From Candidatus Binatia bacterium (lineage in GTDB: Bacteria > Desulfobacterota > Binatia > Bin18): DNA of 64,000 nucleotides. The DNA lies in assembly GCA_963666315.2 (NCBI GenBank), contig CAXXHG010000027.1, positions 18,794-82,793 on the forward strand, in the 5' to 3' direction. The notes below the pieces were generated by a model. It saw only the letters and a program-made list of their open reading frames with translations. It made no database searches and was not told the DNA's origin. Position numbers and translations under genes: made by a program. Positions 21,472 through 30,538 of the stretch are shown here, one piece after another. Position 1 is the stretch's first letter; each line of letters begins with the position of its first letter.

Positions 21472-21541
21472 ATCCTTCTCCGCAGGAATTTGTCCATGCT
21501 CTGTCATTAGCACTCTTTGTAATAGGGGAGACGGAAGACTG

Positions 21542-22906
21542 TCACCCAATCAAAGCAATAAGTTGTGCGATTTCGTCTGACTGCAGGGTCTCCAGCATCT
21601 CAATAAGCTGAATGCACTGTTCAGTTTGTTTTGCATCAAGACGGACTCTCAAGCAATCCCGAATCTTGACCAAATGTTCCTCGTGTTGGAGTGGCGGAAG
21701 GCCCCAAAAGCCTTGTGGCCCGTCGCACCGAGCGGTGAGGCGTTGTCCATCTTGCAGTTTTACGGCGACCGTCACCCACATTTTCTCTAACACACCGGGA
21801 ATGGTCTCATCTTGGGTGAGAGTCGTGCGGGACAGGAGCGCCACGATATCTGACTGCGTACAGCGGTCATCAGAAAAGGTACGAATTGTCACTGAGCCGT
21901 CCAGGAGGGCTGCGGCGACCGTGTATTGAAAACTGAACTTGCCGTCCAGACCGTTCTTGGGTGCAGGTCGGTCTACATATGGCATAACCGGTGAAGTGAT
22001 GTGGACGGACGCAATTCGGTCTGGATTTGAAATCTGTTTGTGGAGATCCAGCCCGGCCAAGATGCCAAAATGGGTGCCATACTGACATGGAAACATCTTG
22101 ATGACAAAGCCTGGATCGACCATGCGATACGAGTGGCCCACACTCAGCAATTCGTCATAATTAAACCGCTCGCCAAAAAAATGCTCCACATAGCCATTGG
22201 GTGCTTCAAAAATCGTTGCGTTGCTGGTAAATCCACGCGCCGCCAACAAGGCGGCGTCCAAACCAGACATTGCGGCCCAGCCACAGTGGGTTGCCTTGGC
22301 CATGGTCCCGACATTCGCCATGAGCCCACCAGCTCGTGAAGCGGTAATGCCGAGCGCATGCTGAAGCTGTTCTTGGCTGAGGCCAAGAATATGGGCTGAA
22401 GCTACGACTGCGCCCATGAGGCCTACGCTGCTTGGCGGATGAACGGTGAATTCGCCAGGCACGTATTGGTGTGAGGCGAGCCGAATATGGCCTTGGAGTT
22501 CGCAGCCTTTGACAAAGGCGGAGATAATCTCTTGTCCAGAGACCTGTCTTTCCTGGGCTAAAGCGAGAATGGCTGGAAGAGTCGGCGACGTGGCATGCGT
22601 CGGCGGACTCCACATGGGTTCATAGTCCAAGACGTGCATGGAGATGCCGTTGGCATACGCAGCCAAAACCGGCGAGGTCCGAAATCCGTGGCCGATGACG
22701 GTCGCGATCTCCTTTCCGCTTTGGCTCTTCACATGCTCAGCGGCAATAGTCGGACCCTGTTCTCTCGCCCCGGCAACCGCAACGGCAATGCCGTCGAGGA
22801 TGATACGTTTGGCGACCTCGATAACCTCAGTCGGCAGTGTATCAAAGGCCATCCGGGTAAGGGTATCGCACAGCGCTGCTGTTACTTGAGGACTCTTCCT
22901 ATCCAT
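21542..22906 (-). CDS. MmgE/PrpD family protein, ACOD1/IRG1-like
   Basis: NGISMHVLDYEPMWSPPTH, HPPSSVG, KMFPC, YVDRP, SFQY...LLDG. Confidence 0.88.
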   Translation of the reverse strand: MDRKSPQVTAALCDTLTRMAFDTLPTEVIEVAKRIILDGIAVAVAGAREQGPTIAAEHVKSQSGKEIATVIGHGFRTSPVLAAYANGISMHVLDYEPMWSPPTHATSPTLPAILALAQERQVSGQEIISAFVKGCELQGHIRLASHQYVPGEFTVHPPSSVGLMGAVVASAHILGLSQEQLQHALGITASRAGGLMANVGTMAKATHCGWAAMSGLDAALLAARGFTSNATIFEAPNGYVEHFFGERFNYDELLSVGHSYRMVDPGFVIKMFPCQYGTHFGILAGLDLHKQISNPDRIASVHITSPVMPYVDRPAPKNGLDGKFSFQYTVAAALLDGSVTIRTFSDDRCTQSDIVALLSRTTLTQDETIPGVLEKMWVTVAVKLQDGQRLTARCDGPQGFWGLPPLQHEEHLVKIRDCLRVRLDAKQTEQCIQLIEMLETLQSDEIAQLIALIG

Positions 22907-22943
22907 GTTTTTGCTATTCAGATGGAAACTCTTTGATCTCTGA

Positions 22944-23120
22944 TTAGAGAATTGTCCCGGCGGTCTCTTTCAGAGTCTTATGCAAATGTACTCTCTCTTC
23001 TTCTTCGGCTGATAATATATTGATCGGCTCAGATTGTGTCTTCGCTTTACGGGCTTTCATCAGTTTGCGTAAACGAGTCTCAGGGACCCGGACTGTAAAG
23101 GCTTTTCGAGTTGTAGCCAT
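22944..23120 (-). CDS. small antitoxin/ribbon-helix-helix-like protein (58 aa)
   Basis: Read manually: MATTRKAFTVRVPETRLRKLMKARKAKTQSEPINILSAEEEER; AAGGAG upstream. Confidence 0.45.
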   Translation of the reverse strand: MATTRKAFTVRVPETRLRKLMKARKAKTQSEPINILSAEEEERVHLHKTLKETAGTIL

Positions 23121-23152
23121 GGTGTTTCTTCTTTACTCCTTGATAGGCAAGG

Positions 23153-24031
23153 CTAAGATTCTTTAAGAAATCTTTGCTGCAATTCTTGAATTTCAGGCAG
23201 CCCAATAATCTCTTCTCTCTCACGAAAAGACACCATGTCTTCAGCAATGGCTTCCGTATGGCCGTGCATACGGATTTCTGTTGCTGCTCGTTGCATAGCC
23301 CGAATAGCCGCACGCTGCAGATCAGACGGGACAATCATGATCCGGTAGCCGAGTGCGGCCAGCTGCTCGGCTGGCACAAGCGGGGTTTTACCGCCCCAGA
23401 ACATATTAATCAAAAGTGGCGCTGTGACTGCGCAGGCAATGCGCTCGATTTCCTCAATCGACTGCGGGGCTTCGACAAAAATCACATCCGCACCCGCTTC
23501 GGCGTAAACAGTCCCGCGCTCAACAGCCGCGTCTACGCCCAGTACAGCGCGTGCATCCGTCCGAGCGATCAGCACCAATTCGCTTGCGCCACGTGCCTCA
23601 ACAGCGGCTTGAATCTTCTGGACCATCTCTGCAAGGCCGACGACCTGTTTGCCTTCGTAGTGGCCGCAACGTTTGGGCTCTACTTGATCTTCGATATGTA
23701 AGGCTGCTGCGCCAGCGCGTTCGTAGGCACGAATGGTCCGAATCACGTTAATGGCGTTTCCATAACCAGTATCGGCATCGACAATAAGCGGCAACGTCGT
23801 GACGGCCCGAATCTCTTCCAACCGTTTGTGCATTTCCGTCAGCGTGACTAGACCAACATCGGGATAACCCATGCTGCGGGCGATAGCTCCGCCACTGATA
23901 TACAGCGCAGCAAAGCCTGCCGCCTCAGCAATCCGAGCGGACAAGCCGTCGTACACACCGGGCGCAATGAGGAGTTCCTCTTTCGAGAGTAGGGCTCGAA
24001 GTTCAGCCGGGCCTTGCGTCGATTGCAGCAC
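23153..24031 (-). CDS. isocitrate lyase/PEP mutase family lyase (PrpB/Dml-like)
   Basis: DADTGYG, HIEDQ, KRCGH, IARTDA. Confidence 0.92.
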   Translation of the reverse strand: MLQSTQGPAELRALLSKEELLIAPGVYDGLSARIAEAAGFAALYISGGAIARSMGYPDVGLVTLTEMHKRLEEIRAVTTLPLIVDADTGYGNAINVIRTIRAYERAGAAALHIEDQVEPKRCGHYEGKQVVGLAEMVQKIQAAVEARGASELVLIARTDARAVLGVDAAVERGTVYAEAGADVIFVEAPQSIEEIERIACAVTAPLLINMFWGGKTPLVPAEQLAALGYRIMIVPSDLQRAAIRAMQRAATEIRMHGHTEAIAEDMVSFREREEIIGLPEIQELQQRFLKES

Positions 24032-24035
24032 GGCT

Positions 24036-25589
24036 CTACTCCCCCCGTGCAAACCGCGCAGCATGACTGCCTGCCAGCCGGCCGAATACGGCGCCGCGCA
24101 TCAGGCCTGCGCCGCCGGGATAATTCAAATAGAAAAACCCACCGGTCATTTCACCGGTTGCAAACAGGCCGGGAATGGGCCGATCCAAGTAATCTACGAC
24201 CGCTGCATCAGTATTGATCCGAATCCCACCAAACGTGAAAGTAATACCCAACGAAACGGCATAGGCATGAAACGGTGGGGTATCGAGTCGGGTGGCCCAA
24301 TTGGTTTTCTCGGGTCGTAAGCTGGTTGTATGTTTACAGTCCTTTATATCCGGATCGAATTCGCCCTTTTGGACGGCTGCGTTATACGTTTCGAGCGTAG
24401 CCAGGAAAGCGTCTCTCCGAAAATCTAAGGCTGCGTAACGCTCTTCAATCCGGTCCGCCAGATCAGCCAGGGTGGCTGCGATAATGGGCGTGCCCGTATT
24501 ATAGCGGGTTTCTAAGAGGGACACGGTCTGCTGGTCAAAGACCTGAAAGATGGTGGCGCTGCGTTGCTGCAAAATTTCGCGGCCCATCTTGGCGTAGGTG
24601 TATAGATTGGAATCTTCGCCTTCGTCGACAAACCGTTCGCCGTCCAGATTGACCATGACCGAGAATGGGTAGGACAACCGGTTTGTTTTGTCTGTTAGGC
24701 GTAGGTCGCCGTAGATTGGTGCATCCGCGTCAATCGGCGTAGCATGACAGCCCGCCCATTCGCCATAACTTTGGGCTCCGATGCTTAATGCCGCCCGCGT
24801 CATCTCCCCGGTATTGAAACGCGTCCCACGGACTTTGACTAAACTCCAGCTAGGACCCAGATAGGCAGTGCGCATCTCCGGATTGGCCTGGAATCCGCCG
24901 CTTGCCAGAATGAGGGCTTGGCAATCTAGACTACGGGTACCGCTTGGATCGCGGACCTCAAGGCCGGTCACCCGACCGCCGGGGCCGGTCACAATACGCT
25001 GGGCTTGGGTTTCATACCAGACCGGAATGTCGGCTTCACTAGCCAACCGAAACAAAGTGCTGGAGAGAAGAACGCCTTCCCCTTTGGCTCGGAGCGCGCC
25101 ACCTCGGGCTAATTTTGTTTTTTGTTTGCCTGCAATAGTCACCGCGCCGACAGCGCGACTAAACTCCCATGCCACACCAAGATCGGCCATCCAGCGTACC
25201 GTGTCATACGAACGCGTAATCAAAGTGTGAATCAAGTCGGGATCGGCCCGTCCAGCGGTCACACGTTCAATATCCTGGAGGTAGGCCTCTTTCGTATATG
25301 AATCGACCACCACATCGCCGGGATCGTCATTGTCCCGGACCAGGGCAACCAGATCGTCAAGCCCATTATACGTGCAGCGGAACACGCCGCCGGTAAACCG
25401 GGTATTCCCACCGCGAAGTTTTTGAGTGGCTTTTTCGAGGACCAGAACCTGGGCGCCCTCGACCTTGGCTGCGAGGGCGGCCGTAAATGCGGCGTTCCCT
25501 GCGCCGACGACGATTACATCAAAGGAATCTTGGGAATCTAGTGTATCCTGAGACGAGTCAGACAATTCTGCATCCTCCTTCTTGGGCAA
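24036..25589 (-). CDS. tcuA: FAD-dependent tricarballylate dehydrogenase TcuA/CobZ-like
   Basis: GAGNAA, RGGNTRFT, GGFQANPEMR, RFVDEG, GITFTFGG, NYPGGAGLMRGAVFGR. Confidence 0.82.
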   Translation of the reverse strand: MPKKEDAELSDSSQDTLDSQDSFDVIVVGAGNAAFTAALAAKVEGAQVLVLEKATQKLRGGNTRFTGGVFRCTYNGLDDLVALVRDNDDPGDVVVDSYTKEAYLQDIERVTAGRADPDLIHTLITRSYDTVRWMADLGVAWEFSRAVGAVTIAGKQKTKLARGGALRAKGEGVLLSSTLFRLASEADIPVWYETQAQRIVTGPGGRVTGLEVRDPSGTRSLDCQALILASGGFQANPEMRTAYLGPSWSLVKVRGTRFNTGEMTRAALSIGAQSYGEWAGCHATPIDADAPIYGDLRLTDKTNRLSYPFSVMVNLDGERFVDEGEDSNLYTYAKMGREILQQRSATIFQVFDQQTVSLLETRYNTGTPIIAATLADLADRIEERYAALDFRRDAFLATLETYNAAVQKGEFDPDIKDCKHTTSLRPEKTNWATRLDTPPFHAYAVSLGITFTFGGIRINTDAAVVDYLDRPIPGLFATGEMTGGFFYLNYPGGAGLMRGAVFGRLAGSHAARFARGE

Positions 25590-25714
25590 CTATAGCGTGT
25601 CTCCCCTCGCCGTGTATCCCCGTGCGGTCTCTTGACCTGAGGATTCTACTTAGCGTAGACAGAAGAGAAAACCGTGCTGAACCAATCAGAGGCGCGGCAA
25701 AAAGGAGGGACGGT

Positions 25715-26206
25715 ATGAATCCACGTGGAATGTCGCACATTGCCCTGTGTACGAAAGATTTTGATCGATCCATGCATTTCTATTGCGATCTGCTGGGCTT
25801 TCAGGTCGCTCAGAAAGGGACGACGGTAGAGCAGGGCGAATATCAGCGGGGGATCTATAAGAAGAAAGACCGAGAGGTGAAGTTTGCCATTCTGCGCCAC
25901 GGTGAGAAGAAAAACACGCCGTATGGGATGAACGAAGATGCTCCGGTCATTGCTCTTATTGCCCCCATTGGCGACCCGCCGACCGGCAAGAGCATTCTCG
26001 TTGACCAGATCGGCATTTCCCACTTTGGGGTGTGGGTGAAAGGCCTTAACAAGGTCCATAAAGATCTTGTCAGTAAAGGCGTAGAATTTGTCGCCCCGCC
26101 TCACGTCCTAGCCAAGACCAAAGACGGTACGATCCGGAGCGCGTTTCTGAAAGATCCGGACGGAATTATTATCCAGCTGGACGAAATGGTTCCGGCTCGG
26201 AAGTAG
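25715..26206 (+). CDS. VOC/glyoxalase family protein
   Basis: SHIALCTKDFDRSMHFY...LKDPDGIIIQL. Confidence 0.88.
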   Translation: MNPRGMSHIALCTKDFDRSMHFYCDLLGFQVAQKGTTVEQGEYQRGIYKKKDREVKFAILRHGEKKNTPYGMNEDAPVIALIAPIGDPPTGKSILVDQIGISHFGVWVKGLNKVHKDLVSKGVEFVAPPHVLAKTKDGTIRSAFLKDPDGIIIQLDEMVPARK

Positions 26207-26221
26207 GGATAGAAATTGTTT

Positions 26222-26248
26222 GTAGGGGCGATCCTATGTGGTCGCCCT
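26222..26248. repeat. GTAG-family REP
   Basis: GTAGGGGCGATCCTATGTGGTCGCCCT between convergent genes. Confidence 0.65.
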
Positions 26249-26254
26249 GTTCGC

Positions 26255-27031
26255 TTAGTGTTCCGTTTGTTCCGGCTGCGGCTGGGCCTGTTTGCTTCGG
26301 ATGTCCTTGGCCCTGGCTGCCATCTCGCCGGCCTCAGCCCCGCGGTTGAGCTTCTGCAGCAGCGCAGCATACTTTTCAAGTAGGATGGCAACGGCAGGGT
26401 GATCAGCTCCCAACTTCTCTTCCCGGATTTGTAAGGCGCGCTGGAAAAGGGGATCCGCGTCTGTATTCTTACCTTGGGCAACCGCAAGCTCAGCCAGTCC
26501 ACTCAGGCTGGTTGCGACCGCCGGGTGCGTCGACCCCAGCGCCCGCTGTCGGATGTCGAGAGAACGTTGGAAGAGAGATTCTGCTTCCTCATAACGTTCC
26601 TGGCCCATATAGACGGCGGCTAAGTTATTCAGACAATTTGTGATTCGGTAATGATGGGGGCCGACCAGGGCTTCCGCAATTTTCAGCGCGCGTTGCAGAA
26701 AGGTTTCGGCCTCATCGTATTTCCCCAATTCCCGATACAGCGAGGCGAGATTATTGAGACTCTGCGCGACCCAGGGGTGGTGAGGACCATAGTGTTCCTC
26801 TCGGATAGACAGCGCACGCTGGTAGCACGCTGCCGCCTCATCTCGCTTGCCCTGATTGTGAGACAGGCTGCCTAAGTTGTTCAAGACAACGGCGACCCGA
26901 GAGTCTTTTGGGCCATATTTTTCCACCTCGAGGAGGGCAGCCCGGAGCCGTTGCTCGGCTTCGATATAGTGGCCGCTTTGGTACAGCCGTGCGCCTTCTG
27001 CGTTTGCCGCTGCCCACTGATTGTCACTCAT
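26255..27031 (-). CDS. tetratricopeptide repeat protein (TPR_12 type)
   Basis: Repeated GPxHPxVAxSLNNLAxLY. Confidence 0.92.
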   Translation of the reverse strand: MSDNQWAAANAEGARLYQSGHYIEAEQRLRAALLEVEKYGPKDSRVAVVLNNLGSLSHNQGKRDEAAACYQRALSIREEHYGPHHPWVAQSLNNLASLYRELGKYDEAETFLQRALKIAEALVGPHHYRITNCLNNLAAVYMGQERYEEAESLFQRSLDIRQRALGSTHPAVATSLSGLAELAVAQGKNTDADPLFQRALQIREEKLGADHPAVAILLEKYAALLQKLNRGAEAGEMAARAKDIRSKQAQPQPEQTEH

Positions 27032-27168
27032 AGCGCTCCCCTTTTTTCTCACCCAGGATGCTGCGAATGCCGCTCCTGTCGGTCACTCTATACAGACTGC
27101 GACGTTTGCGCATGTCGCTGGGCGCTTGCGACTATGGCCTGAGAAAGGAGAAGGCATGGAAGGGGAGA

Positions 27169-27291
27169 CTACGCTGTTAAAAGCATCTTCACGACGGGTA
27201 AGAGTCCAGCCCGCGGGTTGTAGTGCTCCCAGCGCGTACTGTCGCTGAGCCAGGTCTTGTACATCTTCTGCGGTGTGTTTGCTGCTCCCAT
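27169..27291 (-). CDS. putative 40-aa small protein
   Basis: GAGAGGAG RBS then MGAANTPQKMYKTWLSDSTRWEHYNPRAGLLPVVKMLLTA*. Confidence 0.35.
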   Translation of the reverse strand: MGAANTPQKMYKTWLSDSTRWEHYNPRAGLLPVVKMLLTA

Positions 27292-27503
27292 TCTGGCTCC
27301 TCTCCAGCTCAGTAGTGTTCGCTATAGCTATTCTCGGCACGTTCTACAAAGGAACGTAAACGGTTGCAATACGGCATACCTTGCGCTACCCCCAGAGCGA
27401 TTCCACGTCCGTCCCTTGTCTTGTACAATGAGTGCCGCGATGCTACTTCGGGGACCGTGGTCCGCCCCGCGCACCGTTGGATGGCTACTGACTAACCGCC
27501 ACT

Positions 27504-27773
27504 TCAAATCTCAAACCAGAACAGGAGGAAGAAGCTTATGAGACCCATCACCTGTACTCTGATCGTCGGCATGGCCTGTGCCAGTATTCCCAGCTCCATA
27601 ATGACCGGACGTAAGCGCGCTTTCGTTTCGGTTTCCAATTGCAACACGACGGCCATCCTGCAGCGCTGCCCCGGATCGGCATAGAAGGCCAGCATACGAT
27701 TGGCCAAGACTTCGCCACTGATCTCGCCCTGATACCATTCCATGACCCCTTGTTTGAATTCGTCCAGCGACAT
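27504..27773 (-). pseudogene. truncated helical (ferritin-like?) hypothetical protein
   Basis: AAGGAGG RBS, YQGEISGE...LQLETETKARL; runs head-on into an opposite-strand signal-peptide fragment starting at 27538. Confidence 0.35.
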
Positions 27774-28207
27774 CGCGAGTCCCTCCTTATGGGATAAGAG
27801 CGTTCTCCGGCCCCGTACGTTTCGTTCCCCTTCTATCCGATGGTCTCAACAGGCGCTGTGATGGTCGAGCGTCTGCGGGCTCGGTCCGACTAGGTTGGGG
27901 TTGTTCTCGACCATCCACTCAAGAATCCCTTCCAGGATGCCAATCCGAAACTCATTCTCAATAATCTGTGTGGGGTCGATTGCACCGAATGTCTGATTCA
28001 CAGTAGTGCTCCGCCGCTCGGGGTGATTTCAATGCTTGGCCGGGGGCGGCGAAGACGGCCCTTGCTTGACCGGCTGGTTACTTTTCCGCAAGCCGTAAGC
28101 GATCCTCAGGAAGTCGGCGATTTCCTGTGTCGCTCTGCTATCGTCCTGGCCTCCCTCCAGTTCCCGCCATTGGCGCGCTAAATCTTGGCGGATCTCTTCA
28201 TCGCGTG

Positions 28208-28543
28208 TCAGGGTCTCGGCCCTCCCCACGCACGCCCATTGTCGGCCCCGTACTCGTACGGGCTACTTTTATCTACCGAGGTAATCAGCGGGTGGCGGAG
28301 GAGCCAGACTAAGATGCGTTCTTGATTGGCCTCGTAGTCGTCCCGCCGTCCCAGTTCGACAACCCCGGACAAGGCGTGGTTCACAATGTGCCCTCGAAAC
28401 ATCAGTCCGTGGGGCTCCAGTACCTGTGCCCGAAACGCCGCCAGCAGTGTCGTTGTAGCGCGGTCCGTCAACGAGACCTCGAGGTACATGCCGAATGTCC
28501 GAAATTCTCTACAGCGTGTCTTCTTGCGGAGGCGGCGGCGCAT
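28208..28543 (-). CDS. YggL (DUF469)-like protein
   Basis: MRRRLRKKTRCREFRTFG...AFRAQVLEPHGLMFRG...ERILVWL. Confidence 0.6.
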   Translation of the reverse strand: MRRRLRKKTRCREFRTFGMYLEVSLTDRATTTLLAAFRAQVLEPHGLMFRGHIVNHALSGVVELGRRDDYEANQERILVWLLRHPLITSVDKSSPYEYGADNGRAWGGPRP

Positions 28544-28793
28544 CCGGGCAATGATAGGGGGGGGGTTTGTCGAGATTTCAACGCTTAGGCCGCGCCGTAC
28601 TGGTGCAGGGCGAGCGACAACCCTACGGCCTCTTGAAGAGCAGTGGATCATGACAAACACCACTACGAAGAGGTATCGGCGTATCGGCAACGCGCTTAAC
28701 CATGATCAGCTATAACATAGCGTGAAGCTAGCTACGAGCCCGTAGCATTGCAGGGGAATCGCCCATCGAGGAAGGGGAGATGGAGGAGAGAGC

Positions 28794-29310
28794 ATGGCGG
28801 CAAAACACAGCTATGAGGCGCAGGTGTGGAAATATCTCAATACGGAGTTGTACTGGGTTGTGGTTGTCCAGGATGGAACGCGCCCGATTAAGCATTATCC
28901 TGGCTTGCACCCGAAGCCAAAGCAGCAGGAAGTGCAGCGTCTTTCGTATATACCCGGTGCTCCCACCTGGTGGGTCGATCGGGTCGGGGGCTCTCAGAAA
29001 TATCAATTGGATGCTGCGCACAAGTGGAGTGTATAGCGAGACCTGCACCACGTGGCTCACGGGCAAAGATCACACCTCTCCTGACCGCAAATGCGCGTCT
29101 ATCGCGTACTGGGAGCATCGCAATTCAGCGCCAGCAGGCCGCAATCTGGCCCACGAATTCCGTCAGATCCTGCAAACGCCGCACGTACTCACTCACTGGC
29201 CCGCGTTGCCGTTGACTGAGACGCAGGTCAAGCGCGTCCGGTGGTACTTGGTGGCGTACGCCGTCCGACATGCCCATGATCCCAAGGAGGCTTTTGAGTT
29301 TGCCGGCTGA
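28794..29310 (+). pseudogene. hypothetical protein, possibly frameshifted
   Basis: Strong RBS before 28794; two overlapping frames 28794..29036 and ..29310; no family recognised. Confidence 0.3.
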
Positions 29311-29339
29311 ACGCCGTATCGACGATGGCTGAGTTTTCA

Positions 29340-29960
29340 ATGACAGCAAAACGACAGCACTATAACCCACAATTCTACCTCCGCTATTTTCTACCTGCAG
29401 GCGAAAAGACGTTCTGGGTTTACGATAAAGAGGGCGGTGAACCTAGACGGCAAGCACCGCTCAATACTGGCATCATCGGGAATTTCTATACCGCCGAAAC
29501 GCCTACGGGTGAACGAGTAGACCTGGAGAACGAGTCGCCAAGTCAATCTTGGACCGCTGGCAGGAACCCAGAGCTATTCCCGAGCCACATGAGACAGCGG
29601 AAGTTGCCTATTTTCTTGCACTTCTCCATACACGTGTCCCCAGAGCGCTTAGTACGGTGCAAGAACACGGCGTAGCATTGACACTGGCAAAGCTAGACCA
29701 GCTGAGGAGTGACCCTGAGCAAGTGAAGCGGGAGTTACAAAAGTTTGAGGATGAGACAGGGAAGGCACTAACAGAAGAAGAGTACCTTGAAGCGCTAGCG
29801 AATCCCTTTGAACATATTCAGATGCAATTCAACGAGAAAGTTGCTCTTGGTATTTCGTTGGGAACTACCGACGGACTTGCTGCTGAGCTGCTGAGCTTGA
29901 ACTGGTGTTTATGTACGGCACCACATGACACCGTTTTTACCACCTGTGATGCGCGGTTCG
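29340..29960 (+). pseudogene. DUF4238 family protein, frameshifted and truncated
   Basis: KRQHYNPQFYLRYF...WVYDK; second frame FLALLHTRVP...FTTCDA. Confidence 0.72.
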
Positions 29961-30158
29961 ACCTCGGCCAGAGAAGGGGAAGCTTGGGCGAGGCAAGCGA
30001 CCAAGGAGACAATACCCCAAACAGTCCCTAATCGGCGTTGCCACATAATTGGTCCTTTACCCATACGCGTCAGTCCCAGCGGCTTTCCTTTTACTTGTCA
30101 CCAAGGGATCGGTTTGTCCCCGCAATGTCTAGCCGTCATAACCAGAGGACTGCCGAGC

Positions 30159-30229
30159 TGTGTCTATTCACTAGGTTAAGAGCTCTCTGTGTGTCCTTAA
30201 CAGTGTCCCGTCACTGTTCTACTTCAACA
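30159..30229 (+). repeat. left attachment-site direct repeat (71 bp)
   Basis: Matches 43491..43561 with 5 mismatches. Confidence 0.9.
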
Positions 30230-30343
30230 CAAACCGTGAGTTTCGTAACCCCCCGAAAAGAGGCAACAAGCCTTGATTCCATAGGGGTTACGGGACATCG
30301 AGTTGTCCTCCCCATTCCTCTCCATTCCCCCCGAATCCCCGTG

Positions 30344-30367
30344 AAAGTCCCGCGAATTTTCACAACA
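30344..30367 (+). repeat. putative integrase arm-type site (left)
   Basis: AAAGTCCCGCGAATTTTCACAACA identical to 43430..43453. Confidence 0.75.
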
Positions 30368-30538
30368 GGCAGGGGGCGGAAAATCGTGTGAGCCTGCCGC
30401 AACTACTCCCGCCGACCAACCACGAGGGTTGTAGCAAGGGGAAGGGTGTGAGAACCTGGCCCCAGCCTGCTCCACGACCGTCAGCGGAGCCTCATGCTCA
30501 TCCGAATACCGACCCGGAGCGAACCCTAGCCTCGTTGC

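Noticed and set aside
30033-30052. CGGCGTTGCCACATAATT as a possible IS terminal repeat
   Set aside because: No partner inverted repeat or transposase found in the window
30159-30235. Attachment repeat as a tRNA/tmRNA 3' end or dif site
   Set aside because: No T-arm GTTCGA or CCA end, and no XerC/XerD consensus
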